DNA of 24,766 bases from Candidatus Limnocylindrales bacterium (lineage in GTDB: Bacteria > Moduliflexota > Moduliflexia > Moduliflexales > JAUQPW01). The notes beneath the pieces were generated by a model. That model saw only the letters and a list, made by a program, of their open reading frames with translations, searched no databases and was not told where the DNA came from. A program made the position numbers and the translations under genes. This document shows, in pieces, positions 1 to 8,017 of the stretch. The stretch covers positions 496,001 through 520,766 of the forward strand of contig DATMBG010000051.1 of the NCBI GenBank assembly GCA_035559535.1, in the 5' to 3' direction. Position 1 is the first letter of the stretch. Every line of letters begins with the position of its first letter.

Positions 1-927
1 CAGGCAATGCGTTATTCTCAGCCAGGTTCCTGGATTCTGGCAGGAATTCTTCCCTATCACGAGCGAGAAGCCATGGTGAGGAATGAACAGAAAGTACTCT
101 TGATGCTGATAGTGGGGATCCATTTGATCCTCATAGGATTAATTTTCTTTGGTTTTCGAAGTCTGGTTCGACCTATCCTCCGCTTAACAGAGGCTTCTCG
201 GGAGATAGCTCGGGGGAAATGGCAGGGGAGAGTACCTGAAACTTCTCGAAGGGATGAAATCGGAGAACTGGCCCGTTCTTTTGAACAAATGATCCTTCAA
301 CGAAAACAGGTTGAAGACAGCTTGATAGAACAAACCCGGGAAATGCACCATCGGATCAAAAACAATCTTCAGATGATTAGCAGTTTATTACAACTTCAGC
401 TACGACGTAAAAACATCCAGGATCCCGAAGCCCTTATCCGATCCACCTTGGAACGTATTCAAAATATTGCCTTAACCCATGAGTTCCTCTCCTGTAGGGA
501 AAAGGATTCCATCCATGCCCTGGATTTGCTTGGTCGAATTGGAGAAGCCTGCCTTAAGACCCTGGTCCAATCCAATCAAACGATCGAAATCTCCGTAACA
601 GGTCAAGACATCTTGATGAATTCGACGACCGCTCTCCCCCTGGCTTTTATCACCCATGAGTTGGTGGTTAATGCGATTAAGCATGGATTTAAAAATCGGG
701 ATAAGGGTTTGATTCAAATACACTTGATCCCAGAAGGTAGCCGGGTTATTTTACGAATCCAGGATGATGGACAGGGTCTTCCCGAAGAAAGTCCCGCCTC
801 CCAGGATTTCTATAACCTGGGACTACAATTGGTCCAACGATTTGTGAGCCGGGATCTAAAAGGGACTTTTCATTTAAGTAAAAACCTTTCCCAAGGAACC
901 ACGGCGCAAATCGTATTCGAACCTTAA
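1..927 (+). CDS. Membrane-bound sensor histidine kinase, HAMP + HisKA_2 + HATPase (PdtaS/EutW-type kinase core); probably 5'-truncated by the window
   Basis: Frame open from base 1; TM helix (VLLMLIVGIHLILIGLIFFG), HAMP (RPILRL...RRDEIGELARSF), H-box EMHHRIKNNLQ typical of HisKA_2, N-box ELVVNAIKHG, G1 DDGQG, G2 LGL. Confidence 0.93.
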   Translation, partial: QAMRYSQPGSWILAGILPYHEREAMVRNEQKVLLMLIVGIHLILIGLIFFGFRSLVRPILRLTEASREIARGKWQGRVPETSRRDEIGELARSFEQMILQRKQVEDSLIEQTREMHHRIKNNLQMISSLLQLQLRRKNIQDPEALIRSTLERIQNIALTHEFLSCREKDSIHALDLLGRIGEACLKTLVQSNQTIEISVTGQDILMNSTTALPLAFITHELVVNAIKHGFKNRDKGLIQIHLIPEGSRVILRIQDDGQGLPEESPASQDFYNLGLQLVQRFVSRDLKGTFHLSKNLSQGTTAQIVFEP

Positions 928-956
928 GTTTATTTTCTATGGCCAGAAAGGAAAAT

Positions 957-1541
957 ATGCCTGAACCATTACGGGTTTTGATTGCAGAAGATGATACGGT
1001 GATTGCTATGGATCTCCGAGAAGCCCTGGAATCCCTGGGGCATCGGGTAATCGGAGAGGCTTCAACGGGAGTGGAAGCCCTTCGACTGGCTCGAGAACTG
1101 AAACCGGATCTCCTTCTGTTGGATATTAAGATGCCGGAACTGGATGGAATAGAAGCTGCTACCAGAATTCTGGCAGAATATCCCCTTGCCATTATCATGC
1201 TTACGGCCTATACCGATGAGGTTTTGATCCAACGGGCAGAAAAAGCCGGGGCTTTAGCGTACTTGGTTAAACCTATCCAGGAGGAAGCTCTAAAACCAGC
1301 TATTCGCGTAGCCATGGCTCGATTCAGAGAACTTCAGGCACTCCGTACCGAGGTCAGTAACTTGAAGGAAGCCCTTGAAGCCAGAAAACTCATCGAACGC
1401 GCCAAAGGAATTTTGATGGAAAAGTTGGGTATATCCGAAGCTGAGGCTATGAAGCGGCTGCAAGAGCAGAGCCGTAACCATCGTAAGAAACTGGTCGAAA
1501 TAGCTAAGGCCATCCTCATGGCTCAAGATCTATTGGCTTAA
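957..1541 (+). CDS. REC-ANTAR response regulator (AmiR/NasT/PdtaR/EutV family RNA-binding antiterminator)
   Basis: RVLIAEDD, phospho-acceptor DLLLLDIKMP, LTA, YLVKP; C-terminal ANTAR signature RKLIERAKGILM...ISEAEAM..L...S; AAGGA at 948-952 favours ATG 957 over ATG 939. Confidence 0.95.
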   Translation: MPEPLRVLIAEDDTVIAMDLREALESLGHRVIGEASTGVEALRLARELKPDLLLLDIKMPELDGIEAATRILAEYPLAIIMLTAYTDEVLIQRAEKAGALAYLVKPIQEEALKPAIRVAMARFRELQALRTEVSNLKEALEARKLIERAKGILMEKLGISEAEAMKRLQEQSRNHRKKLVEIAKAILMAQDLLA

Positions 1542-1712
1542 AAGGTAGAAATCCAAAAAACGAAATTCCTCAAGACCCCAATAAAAATAGAGAATTTCCC
1601 ATGATAGCGTTCTCTCCCCATTTTTCGTCTTCAAGGCGATGGCCATGGACCTTACAGGGGCAAAATTTTTAATAACAGGAAAAAGCCCAGGATAAGAGAA
1701 GAAGGAGTTTAT

Positions 1713-1760
1713 ATGCGAGAGGTAACTCTGGATGAAGAATTGACAAAGATTCTGGAATGA
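1713..1760 (+). CDS. Putative 15-aa small ORF MREVTLDEELTKILE
   Basis: Strong SD GAAGGAG (1701-1707) 5 nt before ATG 1713; TGA 1758-1760; no homology evidence. Confidence 0.3.
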   Translation: MREVTLDEELTKILE

Positions 1761-1772
1761 CTATTTTATAAT
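1740..1772 (+). promoter_or_regulatory. Candidate sigma70 promoter for the ssu-like operon
   Basis: Perfect TTGACA at 1740-1745; TATTTT at 1762-1767 (16-nt spacer) and TATAAT at 1767-1772 (21-nt spacer); -10 assignment ambiguous. Confidence 0.45.
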
Positions 1773-1837
1773 AACAGGAATAAAAAATTACCAGAGTATC
1801 ACAAACCCACGGTTGCTTTGTGATACCCGGCTATGGG

Positions 1838-1882
1838 AGCCTTTTGGGAGAAGTATTCTTTTCTCCAAAAGGCTTTTTTTTT
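1838..1882 (+). terminator. Intrinsic terminator in the leader of the ssu-like operon (possible attenuator)
   Basis: AGCCTTTTGG(G)AGAA ... TTCTCCAAAAGGCT stem followed by a run of T's; lies 65 nt before the ATG at 1947. Confidence 0.85.
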
Positions 1883-1946
1883 GGAACCGAGCCTGAGGTA
1901 AGAAAAATTCTTGTGCCCAGGATTTTAAGGGGGAGGGACAGAAACC

Positions 1947-3017
1947 ATGAATTCTAAAACAGTCAGGATGGTAGCAGAGAGTTTAGGAGGAATTGTTCTC
2001 ATCGTCGGGTTGATACTTCTAACCCTTTACCTATCCCCTGCGGAGTCAGGTGAAAAAGTAAAAATTCGGGTGGGACATTTTCCCAATATTACCCATGCCC
2101 AGGCAGTTATCGGCCATGGATTATCCCGAAAAGGGGAAGGGTGGTTTGAACAGAGATTAGGTCCGGAGTACTCCCTCGAGTGGTTCACTTACAATGCCGG
2201 TCCTTCGGCTATGGAAGCCATTTTTGCCCGGACTGTGGATTTTACCTATGTAGGTCCCAATCCGGCTATTAATGCCTATATAAAATCCAAAGGGGAGGAC
2301 ATTCGGATTATTGCCGGTGCAGCCAGTGGGGGAGCAGCTTTTGTGGTACAACCCGATGGAAGGATTAAGACCGATGCCGATCTTAAAGGCAAAAAAATTG
2401 CAACCCCTCAGCTTGGGAATACACAAGATGTAGCAGCAAGGGCCTATCTTCTCTCTAAAGGTTATAAAGTGACCCCCTCGGGAGGGGATGTATATGTTAT
2501 ACCCACTCAAAATCCAGACCAGCTGGCTTTGTTTCTCAAAGGAGAAGTAGATGGGGTTTGGACCGTAGAACCCTGGGTGACCCGTCTTTTGGTGGAAGGA
2601 AAAGGGGTCATTTACCTTGAAGAAAAGGATCTCTGGAAGGACGGAAAGTACGTAACCACCCATCTTGTGACCAGTGTTCAGTTTCTTAAAGATCATCGAG
2701 ACATTCTTAAAAAATGGATTGCGGCCCATATAGAATTGACCCAATGGATCAACCAGAATCCGGACGAAGCCAAGAAAATCCTTAATGAGGAAATCGCCGT
2801 TGAAACCGGAAAATCTCTTTCGCCCCAGATATTGGAAGGATCCTTCGCACGTCTGGAACTAACCTATAATCCCATTAGGGATTCACTTTTTAAAGCTGCC
2901 GAGGATGCTTTTAAAATTGGTTTCCTGGGCAAAGAAAAACCGGATTTATCTCGGATTTATGATCTCTCTATTTTAAATGAAGTTTTGAGAGAAAAAGGGC
3001 TGCCGGAGATTCCCTAA
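1947..3017 (+). CDS. ssuA: ABC transporter substrate-binding protein, SsuA/NitT-TauT family (sulfonate/sulfate-type)
   Basis: N-terminal hydrophobic signal/anchor; motifs RVGHFPNITHAQA, NAGPSAMEA, YVGPNPAINAY, IATPQLGNTQDVA, EPW; SD GGGAGG; exact substrate not determinable. Confidence 0.88.
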   Translation: MNSKTVRMVAESLGGIVLIVGLILLTLYLSPAESGEKVKIRVGHFPNITHAQAVIGHGLSRKGEGWFEQRLGPEYSLEWFTYNAGPSAMEAIFARTVDFTYVGPNPAINAYIKSKGEDIRIIAGAASGGAAFVVQPDGRIKTDADLKGKKIATPQLGNTQDVAARAYLLSKGYKVTPSGGDVYVIPTQNPDQLALFLKGEVDGVWTVEPWVTRLLVEGKGVIYLEEKDLWKDGKYVTTHLVTSVQFLKDHRDILKKWIAAHIELTQWINQNPDEAKKILNEEIAVETGKSLSPQILEGSFARLELTYNPIRDSLFKAAEDAFKIGFLGKEKPDLSRIYDLSILNEVLREKGLPEIP

Positions 3018-3042
3018 TTTAGCACAAGAAGGAGGTAAGAAT

Positions 3043-3855
3043 TTGAGTAGCCTGGTAAAAAATCAGCTTTTAAGGGAGGAAACTCCTCCAAAGCTCATGA
3101 TCGATGGGATAACAAAATCTTTCCAGACTAAGGCGGGTCGTACCCAGGCTTTAGAGGAGGTTTCTTTAAGTTTGAAAGAAGGAGAATTTGTCTGTCTGGT
3201 AGGTCCTTCAGGGTGTGGGAAATCGACCCTACTCAATATCATTGCCGGACTGGAGAAACCCGATTCCGGAACCATTCTGGTCGATGGAAAACCTGTGACA
3301 GGTCCAGGGAGGGATCGGGGGATGATGTTCCAGGAGCCGGCTCTTTTTCCCTGGTTAAATGTACTGGGAAATGTTTTATTCGGATTAAAGTTGAAACCCG
3401 GTTTGACCCAGGCGGAGTGTCGCGAGGTAGCCGAATTTTATCTCCAACTGGTTCATCTAGAACAGTTTAAGCAAGCCCACATCCATGAACTCTCGGGTGG
3501 GATGAAGCAACGGGTCGCTCTGGCACGAGCCCTGGCTCCTAATCCCAGGATTTTACTCATGGATGAACCCTTTACCGCCTTGGATGCCATGACCCGGGAA
3601 CAGCTTTACACAGATCTCCAGGAAATTTGGGAGAAACGACGAAAAACTATTGTCTTTGTAACCCACAACGTTCGGGAGGCTTGTTGTTTAGGGGATCGGG
3701 TGGTTATTTTTTCCCCTCGACCGGGCCGGATCTGCGAGGAGTTTCAAATCCATTTGAAACGACCCCGAGATATCAACGACGTAGAACTGGCCCGCTATGC
3801 CACGGAAGTTACACAGGCTTTAAGAACCCATATGCTTAGCAAAGCGGAGGTGTAA
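3043..3855 (+). CDS. ssuB: ABC transporter ATP-binding protein, SsuB/TauB/NrtD family
   Basis: Walker A GPSGCGKST, signature LSGGMKQR, Walker B LLMDEPF, VTHN; TTG start after strong SD AAGGAGGT. Confidence 0.92.
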   Translation: MSSLVKNQLLREETPPKLMIDGITKSFQTKAGRTQALEEVSLSLKEGEFVCLVGPSGCGKSTLLNIIAGLEKPDSGTILVDGKPVTGPGRDRGMMFQEPALFPWLNVLGNVLFGLKLKPGLTQAECREVAEFYLQLVHLEQFKQAHIHELSGGMKQRVALARALAPNPRILLMDEPFTALDAMTREQLYTDLQEIWEKRRKTIVFVTHNVREACCLGDRVVIFSPRPGRICEEFQIHLKRPRDINDVELARYATEVTQALRTHMLSKAEV

Positions 3856-3857
3856 CC

Positions 3858-4625
3858 ATGCCAAGAACCTTAAAAATGACCGGCTTCTTTATTCTGCTCC
3901 TTCTGGTCTGGGAATGGGTCTACAGAATGCACATTTATTCTCCGGTTCTTTTTCCTTCTCCTATAGAGGTGGGACGATATATCGTCGAAGGGTTTAAGGA
4001 CCATTCCCTCCTGGAGGGAATTTATATTACTCTACGTCGATTGCTACTGGGTTACTCAATCTCTGTGGCAATAGGAATTCCCCTGGGCCTACTGCTGGCA
4101 CAATCTCCTCTTCTCCAAGATACCCTGGGAGCTTTAACCCTGGGATTACAAAATCTGCCCAGTATTTGCTGGACTCCTCTGGCCATTTTGTGGATCGGAC
4201 AAAATGAAACGGCGATTCTGTTCATTGTGGTTATGGGAGCCCTGGGTTCAATTATTATTTCCACTCAAGCGGGAGTTCAAAGTGTTTCCCCTATTTATGT
4301 ACGGGCCGCAAGAACCATGGGATCCCGAGGATTACACACCTATTTAAAGGTCAGCATTCCGGCCTCTCTTCCGGCCATTGTAACGGGTATGAAAATGGGA
4401 TGGTCTTTTGCCTGGAGGTCTTTGATGGCCGGAGAAATGATTCTCTTCACCATCGGAGTTTCTGGCCTGGGTCATATCCTCCACATGGGACGTGAACTAC
4501 TGGATATGCCCCGGGTGATAGGGGTTATGCTCATTATCATTGCCATTGGGTTAATAACCGATAAGGCCCTTTTTGGCCGCTGGGAAGCCCATATCCATGA
4601 GCGATGGGGAACTTCAAAGGCTTGA
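3858..4625 (+). CDS. ssuC: ABC transporter permease, SsuC/TauC family
   Basis: Multiple TM segments, LFPSP motif, EAA-like loop AARTMGS, WRSLMAGEM. Confidence 0.92.
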   Translation: MPRTLKMTGFFILLLLVWEWVYRMHIYSPVLFPSPIEVGRYIVEGFKDHSLLEGIYITLRRLLLGYSISVAIGIPLGLLLAQSPLLQDTLGALTLGLQNLPSICWTPLAILWIGQNETAILFIVVMGALGSIIISTQAGVQSVSPIYVRAARTMGSRGLHTYLKVSIPASLPAIVTGMKMGWSFAWRSLMAGEMILFTIGVSGLGHILHMGRELLDMPRVIGVMLIIIAIGLITDKALFGRWEAHIHERWGTSKA

Positions 4626-4846
4626 GGCAGCCAACAGAAAGACCACCCAGTGAAAAAAAGATCTTTGTAAAAACTTCCCTCCGGTCTGATTGAATAAGAG
4701 CGTGCATACCGGAGCGGAGTTTTCCTGTCGATTTTTAACGGTCCAGGGAACAGAAGTTCTTTGGTCATCCGCCGGTTATTCTAGCCTATCCTTCCGTCTT
4801 TATGGGACTTTCCTTTACTTTCCAGGTCCGGGTGGCTGACTTTTTC

Positions 4847-4868
4847 ATTATGTTTTTCTATTCATAAT
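4847..4868. promoter_or_regulatory. ModE-type palindromic operator 1 (ATTATG-N10-CATAAT)
   Basis: Perfect 6-bp inverted repeat with 10-nt AT-rich spacer; same geometry as the ModE consensus (TATA-N10-TATA core); upstream of the mod locus. Confidence 0.55.
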
Positions 4869-5002
4869 AAAAAATTTTCTAAAAAAATTTGTCAATTCTT
4901 TCTTAAAGGTATTAATTATTATCTAGTTACCATCCGGTAATGGGTTTTAATCTAAGGCTGGGATTAACACCAGGAAGTTTTCCGGTATTTAGCCCGGCAG
5001 TC

Positions 5003-5024
5003 AATATGCTTTATAAAACATATT
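5003..5024. promoter_or_regulatory. ModE-type palindromic operator 2 (AATATG-N10-CATATT)
   Basis: Perfect 6-bp inverted repeat, 10-nt spacer, 27 nt before the molbindin ATG; shares TATG-N10-CATA with 4847-4868. Confidence 0.62.
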
Positions 5025-5051
5025 AAATTTTCCCTATAGGAGTCCCCAACG

Positions 5052-5261
5052 ATGCAAATCAGTGCCCGGAATGTCTTAAAAGGCAAAGTAAAAAGTATCA
5101 CCCACGGCTTGGTAAATTCAGAGGTTATTGTTGAGTTACCCGGTGGAACCGAAATCGTTTCGGTAATCACCAAAACCTCAGCCGAAAAGTTAGGTTTAAC
5201 CGAAGGCAAAGAAATCTATGTGGTTATTAAAGCAACCCATGTCATGATTGCCACAGACTGA
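5052..5261 (+). CDS. mop: TOBE-domain molybdate-binding protein (molbindin, Mop family)
   Basis: MQISARNVLKGKV...VITKTSAEKLGL..G...VVIKATHV, the classic single Mop domain; SD AGGAG. Confidence 0.93.
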   Translation: MQISARNVLKGKVKSITHGLVNSEVIVELPGGTEIVSVITKTSAEKLGLTEGKEIYVVIKATHVMIATD

Positions 5262-5295
5262 ATAAGATATTGCCTGAAGGGAAGTAACACCGGTT

Positions 5296-6372
5296 ATGGA
5301 TGCCAGATCCGAGGTCTGGATTGAAGTACAGGGTAAAGTCATTTTAAATAACAAAATGGCCAGGCTCCTAAAGGCCATTGATGAATCCGGTTCCTTAAGA
5401 AGGGCGGTAGATACCTGTGGACTATCCTATCGAAATGCCTGGGGGCTCTTACGTGAGATGGAAGCAGCCTCGGGAATTAAATTTGTACACATGCGGGTAG
5501 GTGGGAGGGGAGGGACCCATTGTTTTCTTACCCAGCAAGGGAAGGAGTGGCTTTCTAGGTATTTGACCTTCCAAAGAAACGTAGAGAATTTCATTCGGGA
5601 CGAGTTTGATAAAACCTTCAAATGTTTACGACTGGCCACCACCAGTTGTTCTGTCAGTTCCGGATTATTAACGGCTTTGCTTCCCCCCTTTGAGAAACGA
5701 TTTAATATCAAAGTGGATGTATTTCCCGTCGGCACAAGAAAAGCCTTAGAGTTAGCTTCCTTAGGACAGGTAGACGCCATTTTGGTTCATACCCGGAAAT
5801 TAGAGGAACACTCCGTTCCTCTGGACTATGGAGTCAATCGACGGGATATCCTGTATAGACAGTTTGTTTTAGTAGGACCGACCCAGGATCCGGCTCAAGT
5901 CCGGCAGGCCCGAACTGCTGTAGAAGCCTTCAAACGTATAGCCGACAAACAGGTCCCCTTCCTCTCCCGGGGAGATAACTCCGGTACTTACCTCAAGGAG
6001 AAAGAAATCTGGGCCTTAGCCCACATAAACCCTCAAGGGGACTGGTATATAAAAACAGGAAAACAGCTCTCGGAGATCCTTGAGCTTGCTCAGGAGCGAA
6101 GGGCTTACCTCCTTGCAGAGCGAAACAAATTCCTGGCTTTGAAAGAATTGTCTGATCTGGACCTCCTCTTTGAAGGAGATCCCATCCTTTACAATCTCTA
6201 CAGTATCATGGCCATTGACCCTGTCAAACACCCTCAGGTCAATTACGTAATGGCCATGACTTTGATCGGCTGGTTGACTTCTCAAGAACAAAAAACTATT
6301 CAACAATTCAAGAATGAAGGATCCCGGCAATTTCTATTCCACCCGGTGCTTCTCTCTGAAGTAAAGAGTTAG
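5296..6372 (+). CDS. ModE-type winged-HTH regulator fused to a TupA-like (tungstate-binding PBP2) domain
   Basis: N-terminus LLKAIDESGSLRRAVDTCGLSYRNAWGLL...GGRGG...LT (ModE N-domain); C-terminus LRLATT...SGLL..LLP.FE, VGT.KAL, DAILVH, FVLVGP..DPA, FLSRGDNSGT (TupA-like); no signal peptide. Confidence 0.85.
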   Translation: MDARSEVWIEVQGKVILNNKMARLLKAIDESGSLRRAVDTCGLSYRNAWGLLREMEAASGIKFVHMRVGGRGGTHCFLTQQGKEWLSRYLTFQRNVENFIRDEFDKTFKCLRLATTSCSVSSGLLTALLPPFEKRFNIKVDVFPVGTRKALELASLGQVDAILVHTRKLEEHSVPLDYGVNRRDILYRQFVLVGPTQDPAQVRQARTAVEAFKRIADKQVPFLSRGDNSGTYLKEKEIWALAHINPQGDWYIKTGKQLSEILELAQERRAYLLAERNKFLALKELSDLDLLFEGDPILYNLYSIMAIDPVKHPQVNYVMAMTLIGWLTSQEQKTIQQFKNEGSRQFLFHPVLLSEVKS

Positions 6373-6397
6373 ACGAAGGATAAAGAAAGGAGCAGAT

Positions 6398-7174
6398 ATG
6401 AAAAAACTAAATGTCTTCCTGGGTTTTCTAATTAGTCTCATCATCTTGAGTAATGTTTTTGGAACCGTCAGCCTGGCTCAAGACAAAATAACCGTTTACG
6501 TGGCCGCCAGCCTCACCAATGCCCTTAAAGAGCTTGCAACCCTCTATGAACAGAGGATGGGAGTAAAAATTCAGACTTCCTTTGCCTCGTCATCTGTCTT
6601 AGCCAAACAGATTGAAGCCGGAGCTCCCGCAGACATTTTCATATCCGCCGATCTTGAGTGGATGGATTATTTAGAGGGAAAAAACAAAATCGAACCGAAG
6701 AGCCGCCGGAATTTGTTGAGTAATTCCCTTGTAGTGATTGCTCCTAAGGGTAAAGCCTTTGCCCTTAAAATGGAAAAGGGTTTTAACTTCGCTGAAGCTT
6801 TTCACGGTAAATTGGCCATGGGAGATCCGGATCATGTACCGGCCGGGAAGTATGGAAAAGAAGCGCTGATTTATATGGGATGGTGGGACGCCCTTACTCC
6901 AAGGATCGTAAGGGGGGAAAATGTTCGTGCAGCTTTAGCCTTTGTAGAGCGCGGAGAAGCTGATGCAGGGATTGTGTATGCAACCGATGCTAAACAGTCT
7001 GATAAAGTCGAAGTCCTGGGAACTTTTCCCGAGGAGAGCCATAAACCGATTACCTATCCTGCCGCATTGATACAGGGTGCCGGAAGCTCGGCTAAAGCGT
7101 TTTTAGATTTTCTTTCCTCCGAACAGGCCGGAAATATTTTTACCAAATACGGTTTTATCGTCTTAAAACATTAG
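6398..7174 (+). CDS. modA: Molybdate ABC transporter substrate-binding protein
   Basis: Signal peptide; AASLTNAL, FASSSVLAKQIEAGAPADIFISA, DPDHVPAGKYG, NVRAAL, GIVYATD. Confidence 0.96.
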   Translation: MKKLNVFLGFLISLIILSNVFGTVSLAQDKITVYVAASLTNALKELATLYEQRMGVKIQTSFASSSVLAKQIEAGAPADIFISADLEWMDYLEGKNKIEPKSRRNLLSNSLVVIAPKGKAFALKMEKGFNFAEAFHGKLAMGDPDHVPAGKYGKEALIYMGWWDALTPRIVRGENVRAALAFVERGEADAGIVYATDAKQSDKVEVLGTFPEESHKPITYPAALIQGAGSSAKAFLDFLSSEQAGNIFTKYGFIVLKH

Positions 7175-7290
7175 ACCCTCGCAGGCAGGCAGATGAGAAG
7201 TAACCATAAAAACAAAATAAAGATTAAGGATCCTTCCCCTACCAGAGGTGAGAAGCCTTTTCAGGTTGTTAGGGTGAATTTTTGTAGACA

Positions 7291-8004
7291 TTGACGGATA
7301 TGAATTTCTCCTTGTTTCCACTCACACCTGAAGAAGTCTCTGCGATTTGGCTTTCTATTAAAGTAGGGTTCTGGTGTGCAGGGATCACTTCCATTCCGGG
7401 CGTGATCTGCGGTTGGCTTTTGGCTAAAAAGAATTTTTTCGGAAAATCCCTGCTGGACGGATTTTTTCATTTATCCTTGGTTCTCCCTCCCGTTGTAGTG
7501 GGATATCTTTTGCTTTTAACCTTCGGCAATCAAGGGTTTTTAGGTAAATGGCTTCGAGAAATGCTGGGTATTTCCATTGCTTTTACCTGGAAGGGAGCCG
7601 TATTAGCTTCCGCGGTTATGGGATTTCCTCTTATGGTTCGCTCGGTCCGCCTCTCTATGGAACTGGTGGAACCAAAGCTAGAAGAAGCTGCCCGTACCCT
7701 CGGAGCCGGACCTTTATGGGTTTTTTTTACCGTCACCCTACCCCTTGCGTTTCCAGGAATCCTGGTCGGTCTGATTCTCTCTTTTGCTCGAAGTTTGGGA
7801 GAATTTGGGGCTACCATTACCTTTGTATCCAACATTGTAGGAGAAACGCAGACGCTACCTTTAGCCATCTATACCTATACCCAAACCCCCCAGGGGGATA
7901 AGCCTGCCCTTCGTCTGGTGATCTTGTCCCTGACTCTGGCCTTCATGGCTTTGATGACCAGTGAAATACTGGCCAAAAGGGTTGAAAAATTACTGGGAAG
8001 GTAG
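7291..8004 (+). CDS. modB: Molybdate ABC transporter permease (start may be ATG 7300)
   Basis: LVLPPVVVGYLLL, EEAARTLGA, FARSLGEFGAT, TQTLPLAIY. Confidence 0.96.
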   Translation: MTDMNFSLFPLTPEEVSAIWLSIKVGFWCAGITSIPGVICGWLLAKKNFFGKSLLDGFFHLSLVLPPVVVGYLLLLTFGNQGFLGKWLREMLGISIAFTWKGAVLASAVMGFPLMVRSVRLSMELVEPKLEEAARTLGAGPLWVFFTVTLPLAFPGILVGLILSFARSLGEFGATITFVSNIVGETQTLPLAIYTYTQTPQGDKPALRLVILSLTLAFMALMTSEILAKRVEKLLGR

Positions 8005-8017
8005 AAGACAGGATAAC

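Noticed and set aside
1676-1695. GGAAAAAGCCCAGGA resembles the 3' end of the ykkC/guanidine-I riboswitch
   Set aside because: The conserved 5' elements (CUAGGGUUCCG...GUCCGAG) are absent.
4900-5051. Moco riboswitch upstream of the mod genes
   Set aside because: No match to the conserved Moco RNA segments; ModE-type DNA palindromes explain the region better.
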